From Nostoc sp. T09 (GTDB taxonomy: Bacteria; Cyanobacteriota; Cyanobacteriia; Cyanobacteriales; Nostocaceae), in NCBI RefSeq assembly GCF_002154695.1, contig NZ_MTAV01000210.1, forward strand, positions 7,528 to 71,527: DNA of 64,000 bases, written 5' to 3'. The translations under genes and the position numbers were made by a program. Positions 19,772 through 29,033 of this stretch are shown piece by piece. The notes beneath the pieces are model-generated. The model did no database searches. It was not told the DNA's origin and saw only the letters and a program-made list of their open reading frames with translations. Position 1 is the first letter of the stretch. Each line of letters begins with the position of its first letter.

Positions 19772-21886
19772 TCAATTCAACACTTCAACGATCGCTCTTA
19801 AACCATTGCTATTGAGCGTGTTCATCATGCCTTCAGCATTAGAGCGATTGCTAAAAACTCCCACTTGCATGAAGCTTCGACCCTGGGAGACTGTAGAAAA
19901 AGCACCAGGAGCAAGGTATCGAACTAACTCTTGATCTCTTTCAGTTGCTACTTCTACTAATACGCGGTAACGTGCACCCATCGGACTGATAGCACCATAC
20001 TGCGGTGGATTGCTACCCATCGGAACCGCACCAGGAGGTAATGAATCTGCACTCATCGGAACTGCACCAGGGGGTAATGAGTCAGGTTTTATTGGAGTTG
20101 TACCACCATAGGGCAGTGAACCTGTACCCATCGGAGCTACATTATTCGGCAAAGAACCACCATAATTCCCAGTCGGGTAACCTTCTGGTACTGGTACTTT
20201 TCGCATATTCCGAGTATTGCCCATTGGGATATTGGAATTAGGAACGGGCAAAAGATTTGAGTTACCCGCAGGGGCTGCTTGTCGCCTTTGTGATGGCTGC
20301 TTTTTACTTCTAGCTCTTGTGGCTCGTGGTTTGACTACAGAATTGCTTGGAGGTTGAGGTGGAGCAAACTCAATTGCACTAGTATTAACCTGCACGTAAT
20401 TTAACTGTGGTGTATCAGGCGAATTCCCAGATACAGGAGGCATACTTGCGGTTGGGGAAACTGGGGGATTGAGTGGTGTGTCTCTACCTACCAAGCTGCT
20501 GGGAACCGGAAAGCCGGGAACTGGAGAATTGACTGTAGGGGTGGGTGGTGGATTGAATTTGGGAACAACACGTGATGTGTTAGCTGGTAGCAGTGGCAAA
20601 AGTTGAGGGTTCAATTTGCCAATGGTCAGGTTATTACGAGAATTGCGGTTGTCAGCAGGTACGTTTAGCCTGTTAGGAGTTTCGGAAAGTTCCGGTGCTG
20701 AGAAGATGATTTCACCATTGCTAGGTACGTCTTGAGGCCCACCAGCCGCCGATTGAGCATTCCGAGCTATAAGCGTTGAGGGAACTTTAATATCTACCTT
20801 ACCAGCGGTGCGATTGTTGGTAAGAGTGTTACCAACAGCAGCAATTACTTGTTTAGACGCACTGGCGTTAATGTCGTAGCGACCATTATTGCGAAATTGA
20901 TTACCACCTGGTTCGGAATCATTACCCAAATCTGGCATAGCTTGGGCGATCGCTACCATACCATCTTCTTTATTGCCCTCAATGATGTTGTTGCGCAAAA
21001 CTGGGTGGGCGCTAGCTTGTACCAAAATCCCAGATCTATTGTTTTGAATTTGATTGTTTGAGATTGCTGGAGCAGCATTTTGCGCAATATTAATGCCATA
21101 GCCAGTTTCTTGAAAGAGATTTTCTCGCACTTGAGCTTGGGAATTACCAGCGATCGTGATCCCATTGGCTCCATTACGGTAAAAGTTATTCTGGCTAATA
21201 GTTGGTGTGGCATTGCCAGTAACAAACACCCCATCTTGGGTATTGCCAGTAAATGTGTTTTGTAAAACTACTGGATTACTCGATTCAATGAACAAACCAT
21301 AACCGCGAGGGTTGGGATTTGTTACTGTTACCCCAGTTAAACCTGCTTGGTTTGCCCCGACAATTGTGACGTTCTGACCGCCAAAACTACGGCTGAGGTA
21401 TTCACCACCTCCCTGAATCGTAATTCCTTTACCTTGATTGCCAGCGTCTCCTTGAATTGAAATTCCTTGTCTGAGGATTAAGGGAAATACCTCTCCAGTT
21501 TCGGCACTGTAAATGCCAGGAGTAAGTGTAATCACGCTATTGGGAGTAGCTTTTTTTAACGCTTGGGTAATTGTTTTTAAAGGAGTGCGTTCACCACCAT
21601 TGCCTTCTTTGTCTTCCCCGATCGCAGGGTTGACAAACAGCACATTAACCTGAGAGAGTTGTTTTTCACCCTCAGGTGGTACTTGCGCAATGGCGCTACC
21701 AAAGCTGATCCCCAGTAAAGTCAAAGTCGCTAGACTTATACCAACGCTCAAAGATAATACGGAGGCACGAAAAACTGTATTTAGTCTGAATTCTGGGTGA
21801 GAATATGGGCGATCGCCTTTAGCAACTACCGTTGTTGGCAGAATATCAGACCTACGATCTCTAGGAAACACAATAGGGGAAATCAC
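19772..21886 (-). CDS. DUF1565 / parallel beta-helix surface protein with Pro-rich linker and C-terminal SPOR-like domain
   Basis: The N-terminal 350 aa are paralogous to the 10830-12932 protein (TPGIYSAETGEVFPLIL; NNxI beta-helix repeats). A ~250-aa P/G/S/N-rich low-complexity segment follows (internal repeat DSLPPGAVPM x2). The last ~70 aa (YRVLVEVATERDQ...VGVFSNRSNAEGMMNTLNSNGLRAIVEVLN) resemble a SPOR peptidoglycan-binding domain. Start codon is GTG. Confidence 0.7.
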   Translation of the reverse strand: MISPIVFPRDRRSDILPTTVVAKGDRPYSHPEFRLNTVFRASVLSLSVGISLATLTLLGISFGSAIAQVPPEGEKQLSQVNVLFVNPAIGEDKEGNGGERTPLKTITQALKKATPNSVITLTPGIYSAETGEVFPLILRQGISIQGDAGNQGKGITIQGGGEYLSRSFGGQNVTIVGANQAGLTGVTVTNPNPRGYGLFIESSNPVVLQNTFTGNTQDGVFVTGNATPTISQNNFYRNGANGITIAGNSQAQVRENLFQETGYGINIAQNAAPAISNNQIQNNRSGILVQASAHPVLRNNIIEGNKEDGMVAIAQAMPDLGNDSEPGGNQFRNNGRYDINASASKQVIAAVGNTLTNNRTAGKVDIKVPSTLIARNAQSAAGGPQDVPSNGEIIFSAPELSETPNRLNVPADNRNSRNNLTIGKLNPQLLPLLPANTSRVVPKFNPPPTPTVNSPVPGFPVPSSLVGRDTPLNPPVSPTASMPPVSGNSPDTPQLNYVQVNTSAIEFAPPQPPSNSVVKPRATRARSKKQPSQRRQAAPAGNSNLLPVPNSNIPMGNTRNMRKVPVPEGYPTGNYGGSLPNNVAPMGTGSLPYGGTTPIKPDSLPPGAVPMSADSLPPGAVPMGSNPPQYGAISPMGARYRVLVEVATERDQELVRYLAPGAFSTVSQGRSFMQVGVFSNRSNAEGMMNTLNSNGLRAIVEVLN

Positions 21887-22308
21887 CTTGGCAGCACTCC
21901 TGTGAAGATAGAATAAATTTTTATACTCAGACGAAATACTATGTCGATTATGTTACTCAACATATTGACAGATTGCCTATTGGGAATACACAGTCATGAG
22001 TTAAAAGACTGGTTTTGCGAACTGAAATATAAAGTATTCTTAATCCCCGGTAGATCAGACCTGTCTTCAATGGCTCAGACCTGGTAAATCCTCAAAGAGC
22101 CGAAAAATATAGCTCCTATGGCAGATGCTAACTGTTGCGTTCAAAGCGCTAAGTAGTTCAGAAAAACTGTTAAATTCAGTAGATTTAACATTTTTAAACT
22201 ATATTAACCATATTTGTGCTATGTGTCTTACAAATATGACAAAAGGTTGACGACAAAAAAGCTTGACGCTGGTTGTAAAGAGTCTCTACCCTTTGGGAGA
22301 CTAGCAGC

Positions 22309-22347
22309 GTCCAAAAATAAAAACACAGATAACTGAATATCTGTGTT
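22309..22347 (-). terminator. rho-independent terminator for the GT1 gene (minus strand)
   Basis: Hairpin acacagata-actgaa-tatctgtgt. On the minus strand it is followed by TTTTATTTTTG, 100 bp past the GT1 stop. Confidence 0.45.
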
Positions 22348-22444
22348 GATTAGTTAGGGGGATATTTAATTAGGTAGGAAGCTAATTGCCCTCTAGCTGA
22401 TGTAATAGCTACAGACAATAAAAAGGTGAACCAAAACGATCCAC

Positions 22445-23533
22445 CTAAATACTGCTCTTGCCTAAACCAGCTAAACTACGGGAACGACCATTCTGAGCAA
22501 ATCGCTTTTGCAGAATGTGTCGATAAACTTCTTCATAACTGTCAGTCATCTTTTGAAGGCTAAAGCGGTTTTCAACATGCTGCCGACAAGCGTGGCGGTC
22601 TAACTCTGTTACCTTGTTAATGGCACTGACAAACTCTTCAGTATTTTCGCAGAGGAAGCCTGTTTTTCCGTGGTCAATTACTTCGACTGTAGATCCAAGT
22701 TTCATTGCAATCACTGGCGTACCTGCGGCCATTGATTCAACCATGACTAACCCAAATGGTTCTCGCCAAGTGATGGGGAATAAAGTTGCTACCGCACCTC
22801 CCATGAGGGCATTTTTTTGAGCATGGCCTGCTTCACCCAAGTACTCAATTTGTTTGCCGTCAATTAGCGGTTTGACTTCTTTTTCGTAATATTCTACATC
22901 AACGACATCTACCTTCCCGGCGATTTTTAAATGCCAACCAGCTTGTTTGGCAACAGCGATCGCTATATGTGTTCCTTTTTCTGGAGATATCCGGCCTAAA
23001 AATGCTAGGTAAGGCGGATCGTTTGGCTGGGCATGAAATTTATAAGTGCTAACATCAATCCCGTTATATGCAGTTCCTACATAGTTCAGTCCTAATCTTG
23101 CTTCCCGTTGGGAATTGGAAATACTGATATAAGGTTGATGTTTAGCAAATTTAAACATCTTTTCGTTATCAGGGGTGAAAATACCGTGCAAGGTATGAAC
23201 TGTCGGGGTTTTTACAAGATTCGCATAGGGCAGTGCTGCACAACCCATGTGGGAATGAATAATATCAAACTTTTCTGCCTGCTCGTAAACTAAACCCAAT
23301 TGCAACATCTCATAGATGCCATACTCTTTGATATTAGGATCAAGTCTGAGGGCACGGGGGTGAACTGATTCTAGCTCTGCCAAACTGATAGAATCTCCTG
23401 ATGCAAATAGTGTAACTTCATGTCCACGTCGCACCAGTTCATCGGTCAGCAACCCCACTACTAACTCTATACCTCCATAACCTGGAGGGGGCACTCTTTC
23501 CCATAGTGGGGCTATCTGAGCAATTCGCATCAC
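22445..23533 (-). CDS. glycosyltransferase family 1 (GT4-type)
   Basis: 362 aa. N-terminus MMRIAQIAPLWERVPPPGYGGIELVVGLLTDELVRRGHEVTLFASGDS is typical of GT4 enzymes. The C-terminal EPFGLVMVESMAAGTPVIA motif has the conserved Glu (E-x7-E region). Confidence 0.85.
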   Translation of the reverse strand: MMRIAQIAPLWERVPPPGYGGIELVVGLLTDELVRRGHEVTLFASGDSISLAELESVHPRALRLDPNIKEYGIYEMLQLGLVYEQAEKFDIIHSHMGCAALPYANLVKTPTVHTLHGIFTPDNEKMFKFAKHQPYISISNSQREARLGLNYVGTAYNGIDVSTYKFHAQPNDPPYLAFLGRISPEKGTHIAIAVAKQAGWHLKIAGKVDVVDVEYYEKEVKPLIDGKQIEYLGEAGHAQKNALMGGAVATLFPITWREPFGLVMVESMAAGTPVIAMKLGSTVEVIDHGKTGFLCENTEEFVSAINKVTELDRHACRQHVENRFSLQKMTDSYEEVYRHILQKRFAQNGRSRSLAGLGKSSI

Positions 23534-24037
23534 AAACCTCCTGAAAAGTTAGTCTTGGCTAAGAGATTTCTGCTTTGTGAGCTTCGTATTTAATGAATGA
23601 TTACAAGCAATAAAACCTAAGCCCTAAGCTCTCTTTGAACGCCAAGCAAGTTAAGAATTACTCTATAATCTTATGCTTTCATTTCTCGCTTTATCTTCTA
23701 TCTTTGTAGGGAAATTATCTTCTCCTTAAGAGAGAAAAATTATGTTATTTACTCAAACTGCACCACATCTGTATATTTAGAGTTTTCCACAAATGTTGCT
23801 GAAATTGATTGATTTAGCACTAGGTTTATGGTTTCTAAGGATTATCAAGTATTTGCGCTTACTACCTTTTTGAGAAGACGTGAATCGAGAATTTCAAGCA
23901 GTTGCGGTTGTTATTGCCGATTAGTGAAAAGGCTATCAATGCTAGGTGCGATCGCTTGTGAGCTAGATAGTATTGACTTTTAAAGGTAAGGAGAATATAA
24001 TTATTGGCTGATAAAAATTAATTAAAAAATAACTAAC

Positions 24038-24838
24038 GTGAATATTTCTCCATCCCCAAAAAAACCGCGTGTCGCATGGCAGGCGGTTTTATCAGTAATT
24101 ATATTTATCTTTATGTACCTGCCTATACTGGTTCTTGCCTTTTATAGTTTTAACAAGTCGCCTTACAGTGCAAGTTGGCAAGGATTTACTCTCGATTGGT
24201 ATCGCCAATTGTTCAGTGATGAGCGAATTGTATCGGCTTTGCAGAATAGTTTGATAGTTGCCTTTAGTGCAGTGGCTATTTCAGCGGTGCTAGGAACATT
24301 AATGGCAGTGGGTTTAGCACGTTATCAGTTTCCACTCAAGAAATTATCTCGTGGCATTTCTTATTTACCGTTGATTATTCCCGATATTGCGATCGCAGTA
24401 GCTACCTTAGTTTTTTTAGCAGCATTTGCAATTCCCTTAAGTTTGTGGACAATTATCGCGGCTCATGTAGTATTCTGTCTCGCCTACGTCGGACTTGTGG
24501 TTGCTTCCCGACTCTCGCACTTAAATCCCCATTTAGAGGAAGCAGCTTTAGATTTAGGAGCAACACCACTACAGGCTTTTATCAAAGTATTATTACCTCA
24601 GTTAATGCCTGGTATTGTCGCTGGCTGTCTGCTAGCCTTTGTCCTGAGTTTAGATGATTTTCTGATCGCTAGTTTCACCGCAGGTAGCGGTTCTAACACG
24701 CTCCCAATGGAAATTTTTAGTCGCATCAGAACTGGAGTTAAACCTGATATTAATGCTCTTAGCGTTATCTTAATTTTAGCATCTGCAATTGTCGCGTTTG
24801 TAGCAGAATTAATTCGCGCTTACGGAGATGAAATTTAA
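24038..24838 (+). CDS. ABC transporter permease, spermidine/putrescine type (PotC-like)
   Basis: 266 aa, 6 TM helices, with the EAA-like loop (EEAALDLGATPLQAFIKVLLP). No cognate ATPase or binding protein nearby, so it is an orphan. Confidence 0.75.
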   Translation: MNISPSPKKPRVAWQAVLSVIIFIFMYLPILVLAFYSFNKSPYSASWQGFTLDWYRQLFSDERIVSALQNSLIVAFSAVAISAVLGTLMAVGLARYQFPLKKLSRGISYLPLIIPDIAIAVATLVFLAAFAIPLSLWTIIAAHVVFCLAYVGLVVASRLSHLNPHLEEAALDLGATPLQAFIKVLLPQLMPGIVAGCLLAFVLSLDDFLIASFTAGSGSNTLPMEIFSRIRTGVKPDINALSVILILASAIVAFVAELIRAYGDEI

Positions 24839-25191
24839 ATTTTTTAGTTAATTAAAAAGCCAACGCATTCTCGAAGCGGAACTGCATTTTGCCATATTAA
24901 TTAATAGGCTTTAAAAGTAGCTGTATTCACAAATACAACTATCATCCCCTTGACAAGTCTAGGAAATTACAATTATTATTCTTTCTGTAATGTAAATCAT
25001 TGCGCTCATATATACTCATATTTAAAAAGTTACAAACAGAGATCTAAAAATAAATAAAATGGCTCCATCTGTATTTACTTATCTAAGTATCTACTCAGAT
25101 TAAGTCTGTCCATATTTATTTGTCTATACATCTGTTTTCACTTCGATAATATTGGGGCTAACTTTGGACAAGATGCTATCTTCTCTCCATT

Positions 25192-27036
25192 ATGCAAATC
25201 TGCCAAAATCCCAATTGCTCAAATCCATTCAATCATGACGGCAATAGATTTTGCATAAGTTGTGGACAAAGCAACTTTGGCAAGCTACTCAGAAACCGCT
25301 ACCGTGTATTAAGGCTATTAGGTGAAGGTGGTTTCAGTAGAACTTATGCAGCAGAAGATGTAGATAGACTAGATGCACCTTGTGTAATCAAGCAATTTTT
25401 TCCCCAAGTTCAAGGAACCGGACAACGTACTAAAGCAGCAGAATTCTTTAAAGAGGAAGCATTTCGCTTGTATGAATTGGGAGAAAATCATACGCAAATT
25501 CCCCGCTTACTAGCTTACTTTGAACAAGGTTCAAGCTTATATCTTGTCCAAGAATTTATTCAAGGAAAAACACTTTTACAAGAAGTTCAAGAACAATCCT
25601 TTACTGAAACAGAAATTCGCCAACTTTTAGCTGATTTATTACCAGTTATTGATTTCATTCACTCACATAATGTTATTCATCGGGATATCAAACCAGAAAA
25701 TATTATCCGCCGCGATAGTGATGGTAAACCCGTATTAATTGACTTTGGTGGTGCTAAACAGGTAACCCAAACTAGTTTAGCTAGACAAGCTACAGTAATT
25801 TATACAATAGGTTACGCTCCCACAGAACAAATGGCTGGATTTGCTTGTCACGCCAGTGATTTATATGCTTTGGGTGTAACTTGCGTGCGTCTTTTAACTC
25901 AATGTTTGCCTTTACAAAATACTGATGGACAGATTTATGACAATCTTTATGATGCCATGAATGCTAAGTGGTTATGGCCAGAGCGTTTGCAAGAAAATGG
26001 CATAATCATCAGTGATGGTTTAGGGAAGATTCTCGATAAATTGCTTCAACATTTACCAAAGGATAGATATCAATCCGCAGCAGAAGTTCTTAATGACTTG
26101 AAGTCTACAACCACATCTGAACTAGAAGCGGAGATTTTGGCAATATCTCAACGGATATTACTGCCTATATCACCACCAACAAGACCACAAAAAGCCATAA
26201 AACCCCTACCCTCTTTACAAAGCTTTGAATTTGACGTAGTAACAGTAGATACAGCTGGTAGAGAAGTAAACCGCGATCGCCTTCATAACAAATCCTTTAC
26301 AGAAGAATTGAGTCAAGCGATCGCCCTAGAAATGGTATCGATTCCTGGGGGTACTTTCATGATGGGTTCGCCAGAATTTGAAGGTGATGCTGACGAACGT
26401 CCCCAACGCCTAGTTACAATTGCACCTTTTTTTATGGGTAAATTTCCTGTAACTCAAGCACAGTGGAAAGCCGTAGCCGCTTTACCTAAAGTCAAACAAC
26501 CTTTGAATCCCAACCCATCTAAAAACAAAGGGCCAAATCGACCAGTAGAGAATGTATCCTGGCATGAAGCTGTAGAATTTTGTCTCCGGTTAGCAGAAAA
26601 AACTGGATATGATTATCGTTTACCCAGTGAAGCTGAATGGGAATATGCTTGTCGCGCTGGAACGAAGACATCCTTTCACTTTGGCGAAACCATTACTCCT
26701 GAGTTAGTCAGCTGTAGCAGTAGCGATACTAAACACCGTAAAGAAACCACAAATGTTGGAAGTTTTGAAGTAGCGAACGCCTTTGGATTGTACGACATGC
26801 ACGGGTTAGTGTGGGAATGGTGCGCCGACCCTTGGCACAACAATTATCATGGCGCACCCACCGATGGCGCAGTTTGGGAAGATGGTGGTGATATGCATCG
26901 CCGAGTTCTGCGTGGTGGTTCTTGGAGTTTCGGTGCAGAACTTTGTCGTAGCGCCAGCCGCAGTTGGAATGAGTCAGATGGCGGGTTGAGGATTTGTGGA
27001 TTTCGCGTTGTGTTTTCTGCCGAAGGGACGCTTTAA
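25192..27036 (+). CDS. Ser/Thr protein kinase with N-terminal zinc-ribbon and C-terminal FGE-sulfatase (formylglycine-generating enzyme-like) domain
   Basis: N-terminal CxxC...CxxC (CQNPNCSNPFNHDGNRFCISCGQ). Hanks kinase motifs (LGEGGFSRTY, VIK, HRDIKPENI, DFG, TIGYAPTEQ). C-terminal 250 aa have FGE motifs (GGTFMMGS...NVSWHEAVEFC...WEWCAD...RGGSW). Confidence 0.85.
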   Translation: MQICQNPNCSNPFNHDGNRFCISCGQSNFGKLLRNRYRVLRLLGEGGFSRTYAAEDVDRLDAPCVIKQFFPQVQGTGQRTKAAEFFKEEAFRLYELGENHTQIPRLLAYFEQGSSLYLVQEFIQGKTLLQEVQEQSFTETEIRQLLADLLPVIDFIHSHNVIHRDIKPENIIRRDSDGKPVLIDFGGAKQVTQTSLARQATVIYTIGYAPTEQMAGFACHASDLYALGVTCVRLLTQCLPLQNTDGQIYDNLYDAMNAKWLWPERLQENGIIISDGLGKILDKLLQHLPKDRYQSAAEVLNDLKSTTTSELEAEILAISQRILLPISPPTRPQKAIKPLPSLQSFEFDVVTVDTAGREVNRDRLHNKSFTEELSQAIALEMVSIPGGTFMMGSPEFEGDADERPQRLVTIAPFFMGKFPVTQAQWKAVAALPKVKQPLNPNPSKNKGPNRPVENVSWHEAVEFCLRLAEKTGYDYRLPSEAEWEYACRAGTKTSFHFGETITPELVSCSSSDTKHRKETTNVGSFEVANAFGLYDMHGLVWEWCADPWHNNYHGAPTDGAVWEDGGDMHRRVLRGGSWSFGAELCRSASRSWNESDGGLRICGFRVVFSAEGTL

Positions 27037-27106
27037 AATCAACTTTTGCAACTCATCAACTAGCTTTTGCAACTCGCAAACTGACTTTTGCACCATTCTC
27101 AATTAG

Positions 27107-27250
27107 GGCTTACGCAAGAACCCTCTAAAACCCTCTTTCCTTTGTGTCCTTTGTGTCTTTGCGGTACCCTTCGGGAAGCCGCTAGCCTGCGGCAACGCTC
27201 CGCGAACGCGTCTACGTTTTTTCATAATTTTGCGTAAGTCCTGTCAATAA
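27107..27250. mobile_element. MITE-like element (ttagggcttacgcaag ... ttttgcgtaagtcctg terminal inverted repeats)
   Basis: Same family as 4058-4150 and 34470-34680; shares the gtagacgcgttcgcggagcgttgccgcaggctagcggcttcccgaagggtacc core. Confidence 0.55.
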
Positions 27251-27315
27251 CTGCGGGGAATTCTTAGCCTTAACTTTGGGAACCATAAACCATAAACTCT
27301 GAATCATCCCAAGTT

Positions 27316-27426
27316 ATGCAAATCTGCCAAAATCCCCATTGCTCAAATCCCTTCAACCCTGATGGTAATAAATTTTGCATTAACAATGACACAACATTTG
27401 CGGGGAAAAATGTGATTGACATCTGA
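27316..27426 (+). pseudogene. duplicated 5' fragment of the Ser/Thr kinase gene (zinc-ribbon N-terminus only, 36 codons)
   Basis: atgcaaatctgccaaaatccccattgctcaaatcccttcaaccctgatgg... is ~85% identical to 25192-25270. It translates to MQICQNPHCSNPFNPDGNKFCINNDTTFAGKNVIDI* and lies 65 bp after the MITE-like element. Confidence 0.5.
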
Positions 27427-27547
27427 TCCTAAATTTGCTATACTAAAATCGACAAGGAAGATATATGCTAAATATGCTTATACTGAAACAAAAAACCGCT
27501 TGCTTAACGGCAAGCGGTTTTTATGCTGCTATAGCAGCATGATTTGA

Positions 27548-28528
27548 TTAAACAAGCTTCAAATCAGGATACTCAGCTAACAAATCATCAGAAGTCAGAG
27601 TATCACCTTCAGCTTGAGGAGTCCAAAGCACCTCTATTGCTAAAGTTTGCTCGCTAGGAATGCCACCAATTTGACGCAAAGCTTGACGCAAATCATCAGC
27701 ACTGTTAATCGCCGGAATTGCATACTTGCCTAGAGTTGCCACCAGCAAGGTAACAATAATATATTCTCCAGGGCCAGAGGTTATGAGGTCAGTGGGATTT
27801 TCGGGATTTCCAGCACCAGGTAGAGCTTCTTTAGCTAGTGCGGCTCTCAGTTGGTTGTTGACGTTAGATAGCGTTTCTTCGCTAAATTTGCTGCGTTCTG
27901 CTAGTGATAGACGGTTGAATTGAGCCTCAGCAGAATTTAACTTAGCTTGTTGTGTACCACCACCAACATATACCCAGTACTCTGGATGGCGGAGCAAGGC
28001 TAGGCTAGTTTCTTGCAGAATTTCTGCTCTCCCCTCTGGGGAGTTGGTATCAGCAGTTTCGGCAATGCGGTCGAGTTCGGTTTGCAAGTCACGGGCTTGA
28101 GCTAATAAACCTACTTGCAAACGAGTTACAGACACAGAAGGGTTGCTGCTGTAGCCTTCTTCGTTTGTAGTGTCACCACTGGTAACGCGGCGGAAGGTTT
28201 GGAGTAAGAAATTAGCGATCGCAATAAAAATTAAGATGGTAAACAACCCGCCAAATCCCCCACCAATACCCCAAAAGGGAATCAGGAAAGGAAATCCAAA
28301 ACCACCACCAGGATAAGGAGCGTAATATCCTCCCCCGCCAGGAGGCGCATAGGTACGAGGTGTGTAAGTGCGGCTAGAAGGCGCTCTAAAGGAACCACCG
28401 CCGATTCTACCACCACTACGGGCAGCTAATGCTCCATCGGCGTGACCAAGTGCCAAAGCTAACACCAGGCTCAGGATAAAGAAAGTTTTTAACAGCGGTT
28501 TGATCGCTAGTTGTAGTTTTTTACGCAT
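27548..28528 (-). CDS. DUF1517-family membrane protein (Gly-rich N-terminal region)
   Basis: Signal/TM (MRKKLQLAIKPLLKTFFILSLVLALALG), a G/P/Y-rich segment, a second TM, then a conserved soluble domain (TRLQVGLLAQARDLQTELDRIAE...). Architecture matches cyanobacterial/plastid DUF1517 proteins. Start set to Met at 28528. Confidence 0.6.
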   Translation of the reverse strand: MRKKLQLAIKPLLKTFFILSLVLALALGHADGALAARSGGRIGGGSFRAPSSRTYTPRTYAPPGGGGYYAPYPGGGFGFPFLIPFWGIGGGFGGLFTILIFIAIANFLLQTFRRVTSGDTTNEEGYSSNPSVSVTRLQVGLLAQARDLQTELDRIAETADTNSPEGRAEILQETSLALLRHPEYWVYVGGGTQQAKLNSAEAQFNRLSLAERSKFSEETLSNVNNQLRAALAKEALPGAGNPENPTDLITSGPGEYIIVTLLVATLGKYAIPAINSADDLRQALRQIGGIPSEQTLAIEVLWTPQAEGDTLTSDDLLAEYPDLKLV

Positions 28529-28962
28529 AATACAGTCGCTTGAAAAACGGTATTGGTGATGATGTCTCCCCATGCTCGTAGGAGAGTTGTGCTTGGTCGG
28601 TAACGCCAGCCCGTAGCAAGCAAGCGAGTTTTTGATTGGCAGTAGCTCTCTGTAACATTAGTCTTCATCAGCTACATCTTCAATGTACCGCGTCTTATCT
28701 TGCCTAGACAGCAAGCTTAGGGGGGATTTCTTGAGTAGATAACCGTACCCTAAATCTTTTCTCTATTGTGGGAATTTTGGGATCAATTAATCATTACCCT
28801 GTTTACCATTCCCTATAGGAGTTGTCCTAGTCCTCATCTTGTGTCTGGAGAGAGACTTATCATTTAAACCATAGGGTGAAAAAGCATTTTATGGTTTTTG
28901 CACAGATGCAGCAACCACTAATTTATACCGTTTCTGTTTCTGTATGAAGATGCGTTTCATTA

Positions 28963-29033
28963 GCCCACGTTTGCTCTTGGTGTTCCCGTACTCCACAGTA
29001 GAACCCGCAGGTTAGGGTAGGTGGGCTTTTTTT
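28963..29033 (+). terminator. long stem-loop (gcccac...gtgggc) followed by T7; terminator-like element in a 1.8-kb gene-free region
   Basis: Hairpin closed by GCCCAC/GTGGGC then TTTTTTT. It overlaps a 23-codon ORF (MKMRFISPRLLLVFPYSTVEPAG*) whose stop is inside the stem. Confidence 0.35.

Noticed and set aside
24038-24838. Complete spermidine/putrescine ABC importer operon
   Set aside because: Only the PotC-like permease is present. No potA/potB/potD-like ORFs occur within 1.5 kb on either side, so it is annotated as an orphan permease rather than an operon.
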